40,242 nucleotides of DNA from a virus (IMGVR_UViG_3300029891_000081:1-40242), one strand, 5' to 3'; positions 17,598 to 26,309 are shown, counted from the first letter of the stretch. Translations and numbers: made by a program. The notes: generated from the sequence alone by a model not told the origin.

Positions 17598-17651
17598 AAA
17601 AAGCTTGCCCCGGCGAAGGCCGGGGGCCCCGAAGGCGGACGCCTCGGAGCC
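17598..17651 (-). terminator. Terminator-like hairpin between D and E, with a REP-like palindrome between stem and U-tract
   Basis: Minus strand: GGCTCCGAGGCGTCCGCCTTCGGGGCC hairpin, then CCCGGCCTTCGCCGGGGCAAGC, then TTTTT. Confidence 0.5.
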
Positions 17652-17680
17652 GGTGACGGATTGGATCTGACGAGCGTGGA

Positions 17681-18070
17681 TCAGGCGGTGTCGCGCGGCA
17701 CGATGCCGGCAGAGCTCAGCTCGGCGTGCTTGACGGCCGTCTTGGCCGCGTCATCGACGGAGGCGTCGAAGACGAGCGCCGCCCTGGAGACGATCGCCGG
17801 GCCGCGCGCGATCACGAGGCCGGTCCTGTCGCCGGCCGTCGCGTCGACCGCCTCGATCAGGACGACGGCGGCGATCTCCGCCCCTTCATCGCCGGTCACT
17901 TCGGCCGCCGGCGCAAGCCGGTACTTGCCCGACGCGGTGATCCGGCCGAGGACGGATCCGAGCGCGTAGTTCATGCCAGCCTTGAGGGTCACGGCCTCGC
18001 GGCAGTAGCTCGCATTGAGCTCGTATTTGAGCAGGTCGCCGAGGGTCGGCGACATGGTGAGAACGGTCAT
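17681..18070 (-). CDS. Head decoration protein (lambda gpD-like)
   Basis: LGDLLKYE....YCRE.VTL..G.....G.VLG.ITASGKY. AAGGAG RBS before ATG 18070. Confidence 0.88.
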   Translation of the reverse strand: MTVLTMSPTLGDLLKYELNASYCREAVTLKAGMNYALGSVLGRITASGKYRLAPAAEVTGDEGAEIAAVVLIEAVDATAGDRTGLVIARGPAIVSRAALVFDASVDDAAKTAVKHAELSSAGIVPRDTA

Positions 18071-18086
18071 GATGATCTCCTTGTCG

Positions 18087-18506
18087 TCAGCTGCGATTGG
18101 CCGAGGCGCGCTCACGCGCACGGCGCACGATGGGGCTTTCGCCGCCGTTCGAGGCCGGCGAGCCGGCCGGTGACGGCGCCACGGCGACCACAGAGCTCGC
18201 CTCGGCGCGGGCCGCGAGAGCGTCGAGGATGGAGCTTCGCAGCGCATGCGGCGCCACTCCCTTCGCCATGGCGTCGGCGGCGTCGATGGCGACGCCCAGC
18301 CGGGCGCCTTGGGCGGCGATGGCGGCGATCTCCGCATATTCGGCGCGCAGCCGCTCGGCCGTCTGATCCGTCTGCGCCTCCGTCGCCTCCGGCGGCGCGG
18401 AGCGCGGCGCCGGTTGCGGCGTTTCGAGAACGTCCGGATCGGGTGCGCGGGTCTCTTCGACAGCCGCGTCTTCGGCAGCCGGGTTGAGGTCGGGTTCGAC
18501 TGTCAT
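18087..18506 (-). CDS. Nested in-frame scaffolding protein (lambda Nu3-like)
   Basis: Internal AAGGAG RBS about 10 nt before the in-frame ATG 18506 (MTVEPDLN...), which opens an acidic Pro/Ala-rich then helical domain. Confidence 0.6.
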   Translation of the reverse strand: MTVEPDLNPAAEDAAVEETRAPDPDVLETPQPAPRSAPPEATEAQTDQTAERLRAEYAEIAAIAAQGARLGVAIDAADAMAKGVAPHALRSSILDALAARAEASSVVAVAPSPAGSPASNGGESPIVRRARERASANRS

Positions 18507-19394
18507 TGCGGTCGTTCTCCTTGAAGGTTGATGAGCGCGGGCGCGTTGCGATGCGCCAATGATGAGGCGTGGCGGGTCCAGCGCCCGGGCGAGATCCGCA
18601 AGAGCGAGATCGACGGTGCCGAGCCTGTCGGCGAGGCCGGCGTCCATGCCGCGCTGACCCCGATAGATCGCGGCTTCGGTGGTTCGCACGGCGTCGGGAC
18701 TCATGTTCCGGTTGTGCGCCACCAGCGTGACGAGGTCGGCATGGAGCGCATCGACATCCGCCTGGATCGCCGAAAACGCCGTATCCGAGAGCGGTTCGTG
18801 GGCATTGCCGTCGATCTTGCGGTCGCCCGCGTGAACGAGCGTCCATTTGAGGCCGACCATGACGTCGGCGACGCTCTCGTCGACATGAATGGCGACGACG
18901 CCGATGGATCCGACCTCCGCCGTCCGGGTGACGTAAAGGCGGTCCGCCACGCTGGCGATGGCAAAGGCGGCCGACAGCGCGCTTTCGTTCGCGACAGCCC
19001 AGAGCGGCTTCTGCGCGGCTTCGCGCAAGACAACGAGGCGATCGACCAGGTCAAAGAGACCGCCGACCTCGCCGCCTGGCGAGTCGATCTCCAACAACAC
19101 GGCCCGCACGGAAGGATCGGCGAGCGCGGCTTCCACGGCGGAAGCGATCTCCCCATAGTCGCTGGCGCCGAGAAGGCTTGTCAGCCAGTCGCCGCGCATC
19201 ACCAGCGGTCCGAGGATCGGCACGACCGCGATGCCGACATCGGTAACGGCATGGCTTGCCACCGGCGGCGCGTCGCGGGCCGGAAGCGCGGATCGGGCAT
19301 CGAGCATCGGGCCGACGGCGAGCAGGCCGTCCAGCGCTCGCGGGGCGATCGCCAAGGGCCGGCCCGAAAGCCGGGCCAAAAGAGGATTGTTCAT
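18087..19394 (-). CDS. S49-family capsid maturation protease with C-terminal scaffold (lambda C-like)
   Basis: LEIDSPGGEV.G, ALSAAFAIAS, VGSIGV, G..K.DGN.HEPLS, GLAD..GT. Confidence 0.92.
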   Translation of the reverse strand: MNNPLLARLSGRPLAIAPRALDGLLAVGPMLDARSALPARDAPPVASHAVTDVGIAVVPILGPLVMRGDWLTSLLGASDYGEIASAVEAALADPSVRAVLLEIDSPGGEVGGLFDLVDRLVVLREAAQKPLWAVANESALSAAFAIASVADRLYVTRTAEVGSIGVVAIHVDESVADVMVGLKWTLVHAGDRKIDGNAHEPLSDTAFSAIQADVDALHADLVTLVAHNRNMSPDAVRTTEAAIYRGQRGMDAGLADRLGTVDLALADLARALDPPRLIIGASQRARAHQPSRRTTAMTVEPDLNPAAEDAAVEETRAPDPDVLETPQPAPRSAPPEATEAQTDQTAERLRAEYAEIAAIAAQGARLGVAIDAADAMAKGVAPHALRSSILDALAARAEASSVVAVAPSPAGSPASNGGESPIVRRARERASANRS

Positions 19395-19415
19395 ATCCGA
19401 TCCGATGCTTATCTC

Positions 19416-19444
19416 TTGCGTTAGCTAACGTTATGCGTTAGCAT
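19416..19444 (+). promoter_or_regulatory. higBA promoter with overlapping palindromic operator
   Basis: TTGCGT (19416-19421)-N17-TAGCAT (19439-19444). Palindromes CGTTAGCTAACG (19419-19430) and GCTAACG-N5-CGTTAGC (19424-19442). Confidence 0.7.
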
Positions 19445-19452
19445 CTGCGCCC

Positions 19453-19734
19453 ATGATCAAGTCGTTTCGGAACGCTGCAGCAGAGGCCGCCTGGGCCCGC
19501 CGATTTATCAAGGGCGTCCCGAACGACATCGTGAAGGCCGCGAACCGAAAGTTGATGCAAGTCCACAATGCCCGAACTCTCGAAGACCTCAGGGCGCCAC
19601 CGGGCAATCGGCTCGAGGCTCTAACTGGAGACCGAAAGGGCCAGCACAGCATCCGGATCAACGACCAATGGCGCGTATGCTTTGTCTGGCGGGACGGTGA
19701 CGCCCATGACGTCGAAATCGTCGACTATCATTGA
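19453..19734 (+). CDS. higB: HigB toxin (RelE/ParE superfamily)
   Basis: MIKSF...RKL......L.DLR.PPGNRLEAL.GDRKGQHSIRINDQWRVCF.W......VEIVDYH. Confidence 0.95.
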   Translation: MIKSFRNAAAEAAWARRFIKGVPNDIVKAANRKLMQVHNARTLEDLRAPPGNRLEALTGDRKGQHSIRINDQWRVCFVWRDGDAHDVEIVDYH

Positions 19735-19745
19735 GGAGTAAACTC

Positions 19746-20039
19746 ATGGCTGACTTTGCCCCAACCCACCCCGGTGAGGTGCTGCGCGAGGACTTCCTCA
19801 AGCCGCTCGGCATGAGCCAGTACGCTCTCGCCAAGGCAATCGATGTACCGCAGATCCGGATCAGCGAGATCGTCAACGCCAAGCGGGCCATCACGCCCGA
19901 CACGGCGCTCCGGCTCGCGCGCTACTTCGGAACCAGCCCGGAGTTCTGGATGGGCATGCAGGCGACCTACGACCTCGAATTGGCACGCGACCAGGTCGGC
20001 CCCGAGATCGAGGCGAAGGTTCATCCGAGAGCGGCCTGA
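19746..20039 (+). CDS. higA: HigA antitoxin (Xre HTH)
   Basis: HPGEVLREDFLKPLGMSQY.LA..I.V...RISEIVN.KR.IT.DTALRL..YFGTS.EFW. GAGGAG RBS. Confidence 0.95.
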   Translation: MADFAPTHPGEVLREDFLKPLGMSQYALAKAIDVPQIRISEIVNAKRAITPDTALRLARYFGTSPEFWMGMQATYDLELARDQVGPEIEAKVHPRAA

Positions 20040-20131
20040 CGGCCGTAGTGAACGAAGCCATGGTCCGCTCAGGCGCGCCGGACCGATGCTTGCCGCAGCA
20101 CAGACCTCGGCGATTGTGAAAGTGCGTTCCG

Positions 20132-21592
20132 TCATGAGGGTGGCCCCTCCTGGGTCGGATCACCGTCCGACGGATCTGCGATCACGCCCGCGACGCTGGC
20201 GAAGGAGAGGCCAAGTTGACGCTCTCGCGCACGGTCGGCGGCGATTTCGGCGTCGACCTGGTCGGCGTCATAGCCGCGCTCGGCGAGCGCCTGCGTCCGG
20301 CTCTTCAGCCCCGCCTCGATCTGTTCGATCTCGGCGCGCGCGTCCTTCAGCGGATCGACCCAGTCCCATTTGGGCGGCAGCCAGGAACAGCCGAGCCAGG
20401 TGCGCCGCTGCTGTTCGTAATCCGGCAGGGCGAGCACGCCTGACACGACCGCCGTATCGAGCCAGCGCGCCCAGACCCGTCGACAGATCTGCCAGACCAT
20501 GACCGAGTGCTGGTAGGCCTCGATGCGGCGGCGAAACTCGAGGAGCGCAAGCCGCGAGTTCGAGTAGTTCGCCTTCAGCATGTCGTTCGACAGATACGCA
20601 TACGGAATGCCGAGCGCCGCCGAGACCTGCAGCAGCGTGCGGTACTGAAACGGTTCGTAGGTCTGGCCGACATCGGCAGGCGCCGAGGTCTGCACCGCCT
20701 CGCCCGGCTCCAGCATCACGATCTGGCCGGGCTGCAGGTCCATCGTGCGTTCGCCGCCTTCGTCGCTCTCGGCGATGTCGAAGGGCTCCGCCGGCGCCGG
20801 TGTGGTGATGAACAGCGCATGCATCGCCGCGACCTTCTTCCGGTCGAGCTCCGCATCGTCGTACTGGTCGAGCAGGAACAGCTTCACGATACCCGGCGCG
20901 AAGCGCGAGATACCGCGCAACTGTCCCGCATCGACCGGATCGATGACGTGGATGACCTCGGACGCCGGCACCCGCACGATCTCGCCCGCAAGGCCGGGAT
21001 CGGTGACGTCGCCCGGATGGCGGCGCAGGAAGTGGTAGGCCACACGCCTGCCGATCCGGTCGAATTCGATGCCCTGGCGAATGACGTTGCCACCGGGAAG
21101 CTGCTCATTGCGCGTGAGCGGCAGCATCTCGGAGGGGATCATCTGCAGCTGCAGCGGCACCATGAGCCCGTCCTGGGGCCGGCGCGGACGGAAGCGGAAG
21201 AACACCTCGCCGGCGATGAATACCTCGCGTGCGGCGCGCCGTTGCTGGCCATAGAAATCGGTGAACCCTTCGGCGTCGCTGTCGTCTGTCCAATCGAGCC
21301 AGAGGCGCTGCACACGGGCCTTGAGATCAGCATCGGCGATCAGCGACGACGGCTTGATGCCATTGCCCACCACATTGCCGGCCCAGCTTTCGATCGCGTT
21401 CGCCGCATAGCCATTGTTGCGCACCAGCCAGCGGGCGCGCGCGGTGATGTCGGCGCCGGCGGCGGCGATCAGCGTGTTGAGATGCGCCCGACTCGGCTGG
21501 AAATGCCGCAGCCTTCGGCTTCCCTGCCCCGCCTCGAAACCGCCCACCAGAGCGCCGATGCGGCGGCGCCACCGTGTGATCGATTCCAGCAC
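20132..21592 (-). CDS. Portal protein, lambda family
   Basis: RARWLVRNN.YA, GIEFD.IGR.VAY, GQLRGIS, L..GE, ANYSN.R..LLE, WVDP.KD. Confidence 0.95.
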   Translation of the reverse strand: MLESITRWRRRIGALVGGFEAGQGSRRLRHFQPSRAHLNTLIAAAGADITARARWLVRNNGYAANAIESWAGNVVGNGIKPSSLIADADLKARVQRLWLDWTDDSDAEGFTDFYGQQRRAAREVFIAGEVFFRFRPRRPQDGLMVPLQLQMIPSEMLPLTRNEQLPGGNVIRQGIEFDRIGRRVAYHFLRRHPGDVTDPGLAGEIVRVPASEVIHVIDPVDAGQLRGISRFAPGIVKLFLLDQYDDAELDRKKVAAMHALFITTPAPAEPFDIAESDEGGERTMDLQPGQIVMLEPGEAVQTSAPADVGQTYEPFQYRTLLQVSAALGIPYAYLSNDMLKANYSNSRLALLEFRRRIEAYQHSVMVWQICRRVWARWLDTAVVSGVLALPDYEQQRRTWLGCSWLPPKWDWVDPLKDARAEIEQIEAGLKSRTQALAERGYDADQVDAEIAADRARERQLGLSFASVAGVIADPSDGDPTQEGPPS

Positions 21593-21595
21593 GGG

Positions 21596-21808
21596 TCACA
21601 GCCCCTTGCTTGCCGTCGTGCGAACGATGCGACGGCGCGCGCCGGTCTGCTCCCCGGCGATCCGCCGTTCGAGGTCGCCGAGGGCGGCCGCCATTTCGGC
21701 ATCGCTCGCATAGGTGATGCGGCGCCCCTCGACCTCGACGGTGCGCACGCCGCGCCATCGGGCGGCGAGCAGCGCATCGCGGCGCGCGATCATGTCCTCA
21801 AGCGTCAT
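21596..21808 (-). CDS. Head-to-tail joining protein (gpW-like)
   Basis: 70 aa, L..AR..GVR.V...G..I.Y.S..E...A...LE. Lies between TerL and the portal. Confidence 0.85.
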   Translation of the reverse strand: MTLEDMIARRDALLAARWRGVRTVEVEGRRITYASDAEMAAALGDLERRIAGEQTGARRRIVRTTASKGL

Positions 21809-21818
21809 GGTCTTGGTC

Positions 21819-24800
21819 TCAACTCAGATAGCTGGGCGTGAACACCCGTCGGCCGCGCCGGGCAGGCGCTCGTCGCACCAGACCCGCGGAGGCGATCTCT
21901 GGCGTGCCGGGGTGAGAATCCGCGGTCTCCGGCGCCGCCGTGTCGCGCGGATCGAACGAGCCGACCTGGCGTTCGAGGTCGCGCCATTTCTCCTCGCCCC
22001 AGCGGTCCGCGCCCGCAATCCAGGCGGCGGCGCGGGCGTAGACCCGGCAGTCCAGCGCCTCGTTGCGCTCGCGCAGCTTCTGCCATTCGAGCCGGGCAAA
22101 GCCGCGCCTGGTCTTCACCGTCACCAGCTGCTCGGCGACGAACTGCTTGCACCACTCGCTGTCGGCCCAGGCCGGCAGGTGGATGGTCCCTGCGGGAAAG
22201 CGCGCGCCTCCGGCACGCGCCTCGTCGGTCGGTCGTTCGAGCCGGAGGTGGCGATAGGTCTCGGCCTTGAAGGTCGACACCGCCACGGTCCAGAGCCGCG
22301 CCCCGCGCCGCAGGCGTTTGCCGCCCTCGGTCGCGTCGACGAAAGTCGGGCCCGACACCGGGCTCGAGCGGTTGAACCCCTCGACGCCCTTGACCGGCGA
22401 GACCTGTGCGAAGCCTTGCGCCCGCGACCAGGAATAGACCGCCGGGGCCTCGTAGCCGGTGTCGATCGCAAGCCGCGCGATCCTGAGATGCGCGCCGCGT
22501 TCGTGCGGCCAGCTTCGATCCAGCAGCGCCGTCAGCTCCGACCACGCGTCGTGCCGATCCGGCCCGCCCTCGATCACGACGTGATCGACGAGCCAGCTTT
22601 CCAGCCCGCGACCCCAGGCCCAGACATCGATCTCGATCCGGTCCTTCTGCACGTCGGCCCCGGCGGTCAGGAACAGCCCGCCCGCAGGCACCGTGCCGGA
22701 TGTCCAGCGCTCGCGCCGGTCGTAGAGCCGCTGCCAGTCCGGTGCCTCCCCGGTCTCGACCCAGGTCTCGCCGAGGATCGTGTTGCGGAACGCCTTGATC
22801 GCTTCGTCCGACCCCTGGGCCGCCTCCCAGTTCCGTGCGATGCGCGGCCAGCTCAGCCAGCCCACCGGCGAATAGAGCGCCGAGAGGTGATACCCGACCG
22901 TCGTGGGATCGGCGGCCGTGGCGGTCGCCCGCCATTCGCCGCCCTCCAGCATCGCCGTCTTGTGGTGTTCCGCGATTGCCGCGTCGCAGCCCTCGCAAGT
23001 GTAGGCGGCCGTCTCGGGACGGCCCTTCTGCCAGCGCAGCCGCTCGAACTTCAGCCACTGCATCGCCCCGCAATGCGGACACGGTACGAAGTACCGCCGC
23101 TGGTCGCTGGCCTCGTATTCCCGCTCGATCCGGCTCAGACCCCGGATCGTCGGCGTCGAGACCAGGAAGACCTTGCGCCGGTGGGCGAAGGTCAGCGATC
23201 GCGCTTCAGCCAGCGTGACCGGATCGCCTTCCTCGTCGGCCGAGCCCGGATAGGCATCGACCTCGTCGAGGAAGATGTAGCGCGCCGGCGTCGAGCGCAG
23301 CCCGACCGCCGAGTTGGCGCCGGTCATGATCAGGATGCCGCCCGCGAACTCCTTGGACAGCATGGTGTTGCCCGCGTCGCGCGAGCGCGCGGGCTTCACC
23401 CGCTCCCGCAACTCCGGGCTTTCGTCGATCAGCGGGTCGATCCGCTGGCGCGAGTTGCGCTTGGCCAGTTCCACCGTCGGCTGGACCGCGAGCATCGGGC
23501 CCGGCGCCTGGTGGATCGCAAAGCCGATCCAGTTGTTGCCGGCCTCGGTGTTGTGTGTCGGGATCCATCCCTTGCCACAAAGGAACAGGTGGTTCGGCGA
23601 GTCCACCTTGACGCAGCGCACCGGCACGCTGGGCGTCGGCCGGATCGTAACGATGCGGCGACGACGGCTCTTCCATGGCCGCCCGTTCTCGACCGAACGC
23701 ATTCGTGCCCGCTTGCGCGAGAGCCGGAACATCGGCTCCTCGGCATAGGCCGTCCAGGAGATGCGCCAGTACTCGGCCGACTCGCAGATGCGGCCGTCAA
23801 GGCCGAACACCTTGCGGCGCGCCTTGCCGTGGTAGACGGCGGGCTTGTAGCCGAGCCCGCGCAGAAGCTCGACCATCGCGTCGATCAGCCCGCGATCCGC
23901 GTTCGAGAACTCGCAGCGCTTCCCATCCGGCGAGATCGTGCCGTCGGAGTCCATCAGCCCCCGCACCAGCTCCAGCCTCTGCCGCCGGCTGGCGCGCATG
24001 TACTGGAGCGGGATGTGCTTGTTGTCGAGCACGTCCAGCATCCGGAGCCGCATCACGAAGCGCGACTTGAAGCAGTCCGAGAGCGATGCGCCGTCCTCTC
24101 GCCGCATCCGGAAGGTCGGGTCGATCACGACATTGGCGATCCTGCCCTTTCGCCAGTGCGGCAGCCGGAATTCCGCCTCGACGCCGCAGGCGCGCAGATG
24201 CTCGACAACCTCGGCGTCCTCCTCGTGCACCGAGATGTGGTTCATGATCGACGAGCCGTCGCCGAGCCAAAGGCCCAGAACATAAGGATGCAGGATCAGG
24301 TCCTGATCCGGCATGTCGACCGGATCGCAGCAGTCGATGGCATAGCGCCGACGCTTGCCCGCGGCGCCGATGGTCACGCGGCCGGCCATCTCCGCCGTGG
24401 TCAGCGTACGCGCGGCCGGGCGGTCGTTCGTGAAGTCCCAGACCGCCCAGCGATGATCGCCGTCCGCAACGATCCGCTCGCCGTCGTCGAACGCGACCTC
24501 GAAGCAGGGACGGTCCTCGAACACCGGCGACAGGCCGGTCACCCGGCAGATGCGCCCGCGTTCGTCGTAGAGCAGATCGCCCTCGGCGATCCCGCCCATC
24601 GTCGTCCAGCCGAAGGGCGTCGGCACGGCGGTGTCGAGCGCGAGTGGCGCCCCGACCTGTGCGGCCTTCATGAACACGATGCGCTGCACGGCGGCACCCG
24701 GCGAGAGCGCGTCCATGATCTCGCGCATGTAGGGCGTGCGCACCGTGCGGTACCGGCCGGGCTCGGCCGAGGCGCGGCCCGAGAGCATCCGGTGCCGGTC

Positions 24801-24968
24801 CGCCCATTGCGAGACGGTCAGGTCCGGGTCGGGCCGCAGCCCGTTGCCCCAGGCGCGCAGGAGATCAGCGACGCCGTCGAAGTCGGTCAGGTCATCGGAC
24901 AGCTCATTGTCTCGCTCAGCGGAATTCCGGCCGGACCTCGGCAAGCTCGTCGAGGTGGGCGCGTACAT
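21819..24968 (-). CDS. terL: Terminase large subunit (lambda GpA family) containing an intein; exact start uncertain
   Basis: TVSQWAD, PGRYR..RTPY..E.MD, Walker A KAAQVGA/TE split by the intein, Walker B FLDEVD, STPT, CPHC, GADVQ.DR, IDTG, RNEALDC.VYA. Confidence 0.95.
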   Translation of the reverse strand: MYAPTSTSLPRSGRNSAERDNELSDDLTDFDGVADLLRAWGNGLRPDPDLTVSQWADRHRMLSGRASAEPGRYRTVRTPYMREIMDALSPGAAVQRIVFMKAAQVGAPLALDTAVPTPFGWTTMGGIAEGDLLYDERGRICRVTGLSPVFEDRPCFEVAFDDGERIVADGDHRWAVWDFTNDRPAARTLTTAEMAGRVTIGAAGKRRRYAIDCCDPVDMPDQDLILHPYVLGLWLGDGSSIMNHISVHEEDAEVVEHLRACGVEAEFRLPHWRKGRIANVVIDPTFRMRREDGASLSDCFKSRFVMRLRMLDVLDNKHIPLQYMRASRRQRLELVRGLMDSDGTISPDGKRCEFSNADRGLIDAMVELLRGLGYKPAVYHGKARRKVFGLDGRICESAEYWRISWTAYAEEPMFRLSRKRARMRSVENGRPWKSRRRRIVTIRPTPSVPVRCVKVDSPNHLFLCGKGWIPTHNTEAGNNWIGFAIHQAPGPMLAVQPTVELAKRNSRQRIDPLIDESPELRERVKPARSRDAGNTMLSKEFAGGILIMTGANSAVGLRSTPARYIFLDEVDAYPGSADEEGDPVTLAEARSLTFAHRRKVFLVSTPTIRGLSRIEREYEASDQRRYFVPCPHCGAMQWLKFERLRWQKGRPETAAYTCEGCDAAIAEHHKTAMLEGGEWRATATAADPTTVGYHLSALYSPVGWLSWPRIARNWEAAQGSDEAIKAFRNTILGETWVETGEAPDWQRLYDRRERWTSGTVPAGGLFLTAGADVQKDRIEIDVWAWGRGLESWLVDHVVIEGGPDRHDAWSELTALLDRSWPHERGAHLRIARLAIDTGYEAPAVYSWSRAQGFAQVSPVKGVEGFNRSSPVSGPTFVDATEGGKRLRRGARLWTVAVSTFKAETYRHLRLERPTDEARAGGARFPAGTIHLPAWADSEWCKQFVAEQLVTVKTRRGFARLEWQKLRERNEALDCRVYARAAAWIAGADRWGEEKWRDLERQVGSFDPRDTAAPETADSHPGTPEIASAGLVRRAPARRGRRVFTPSYLS
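23550..24647 (-). mobile_element. Class 3 intein (366 aa) with a LAGLIDADG homing endonuclease
   Basis: Block A PLALDT..PTP.GW; block B IVADGDHRW; LAGLIDADG motifs LGLWLGDG and RGLMDSDG; block F VRCVKVDSPNHLFL; block G IPTHN followed by Thr+1. Confidence 0.92.
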
Positions 24969-25518
24969 GGATCTCCAGAGCCTTCTGCATCCCGGCCGCC
25001 TCCACTCCGAGCTCCGCCGCCATCAGCGCCGCGGCGCGGGACGGCCAATTGACCCAGGAATCCCGCGCCTCGCGTGCGAGCCGGAAGACGAGCGCTGTCG
25101 CGCGCGCACGATCGATGAGTTCGCCCTTCATCTTCTGAAGCCGGAGGCGGCGCTCCTGCGCCTTCAGCACCTCGTTCGCCGTCTTGGCCTGCAGGAAGGT
25201 CGTGCCGCCGCCGACGGCGGGGACCGCCAGCCCCTGTTCGCGCAGCGTGTCGCCGACGGCTGAGAGGGCCGCCTCAGGGACAGGCTTCAGCTTCGGCGCG
25301 GGCGGCTTCGTTCGGGGCGCTTTCGCGGCGCCACTGGCGCCACGGTCGCCCCTCACCTTCGACGGGTCGGTCGTCTCGGCGCGCCGCGCATCGCTGGCAT
25401 CGGCATCGATGCTGCCGTCGGAATAGAGGACAAGCCGCTCGGCTGCCTTCGCCTTCTGGATCGCGCCCCGTGAGAAGCCCACCCGGGCGGCGTACTGGCG
25501 CTCGCTCATGCCCTGCAT
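24916..25518 (-). CDS. terS: Terminase small subunit-like protein
   Basis: N-terminal HTH (MSERQYA.R.G.SRGAIQKA) and F..AKT.NE..KA..R...L....GEL.D. Directly upstream of TerL. Confidence 0.75.
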   Translation of the reverse strand: MQGMSERQYAARVGFSRGAIQKAKAAERLVLYSDGSIDADASDARRAETTDPSKVRGDRGASGAAKAPRTKPPAPKLKPVPEAALSAVGDTLREQGLAVPAVGGGTTFLQAKTANEVLKAQERRLRLQKMKGELIDRARATALVFRLAREARDSWVNWPSRAAALMAAELGVEAAGMQKALEIHVRAHLDELAEVRPEFR

Positions 25519-25616
25519 GTCCGCTCCGAAAACATAATGAATTGATGCACTTATCGACTTGATAAGCGCTGCGATCAGAGCCTGTATGGCGTCACCAGCA
25601 GATACAGGAGACCGCC

Positions 25617-25838
25617 ATGACCCAGACCGCGAACACACCCAAGGCCCTCGACGCCTTCATCGCCCGCAAGGCCGAAATCGACGCCATGCTTGCCCGGCTC
25701 GCACGCCTGAGCGACGAGCACTTCAACGCCAGCCCCGACGAGATCAACTGGGGCCATGTCGGAACCCTCGAGCACTACGCCGAACTTCTGAAACGCATCA
25801 CCGACGCGGCCTTCAGCGAAGGCGAACACGCGCCATGA
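25617..25838 (+). CDS. Small phage hypothetical protein
   Basis: AGGAG RBS; ALDAFIARKAEID.ML.RL..LSD.HF...PDEINWGHVGTL. Confidence 0.8.
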   Translation: MTQTANTPKALDAFIARKAEIDAMLARLARLSDEHFNASPDEINWGHVGTLEHYAELLKRITDAAFSEGEHAP

Positions 25839-25999
25839 GCCGGGTGTTCGCCCATGACCGGATCGAGATCTGGCGCAGCAGCGATCGGTGGGGCGAGACC
25901 TTCTGGGTCTATGGCTGTACGCTCAGCGGCGATCCCATGACCGCGCCAAGCCTCGACATGGCGTTCGCCATCGCGGCCGCGCACGGGGGCGCATCATGA
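25835..25999 (+). CDS. Hypothetical protein (54 aa)
   Basis: ATGA-coupled to the previous stop; its own stop overlaps the next ATG. Confidence 0.6.
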   Translation: MSRVFAHDRIEIWRSSDRWGETFWVYGCTLSGDPMTAPSLDMAFAIAAAHGGAS

Positions 26000-26175
26000 G
26001 CGCGCAAACGAACATGCCTTGGGCCGTCTATCGCTGCGACCGCCTGACACGCGGCGCTACCCCTCAAAACGAGCAACTGATCAGCGGGCATCCGACGCCG
26101 CTGGAAGCCATGCACGAAGCCAACCGGCTGAAGCGCGCTGACAGGGCGCACAGCTACACCGTTGGGCCTGCGTGA
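25996..26175 (+). CDS. Hypothetical protein (59 aa)
   Basis: ATGA-coupled start (MSAQTNMPWAVYRC...). Confidence 0.55.
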   Translation: MSAQTNMPWAVYRCDRLTRGATPQNEQLISGHPTPLEAMHEANRLKRADRAHSYTVGPA

Positions 26176-26309
26176 TGCGCGTTCTGATGGCGCACGCCAG
26201 TGCTGAAGCGCGCGCTTGAACGCTCACGTCTCAAGCCTCTCGCCCGCCATGGCGGGCTTGGGGTCGTAGAAGGGCGCACATCCCGCGCGCCCCGATATGG
26301 GAGACGATA

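Noticed and set aside
21714-25052. 1112-aa plus-strand ORF, and similar long plus-strand ORFs at 16092-17969, 10757-12244 and 32584-34101
   Set aside because: They are antisense shadows of well-supported genes in high-GC DNA, with no motifs and Arg/Ala/Gly-biased composition.
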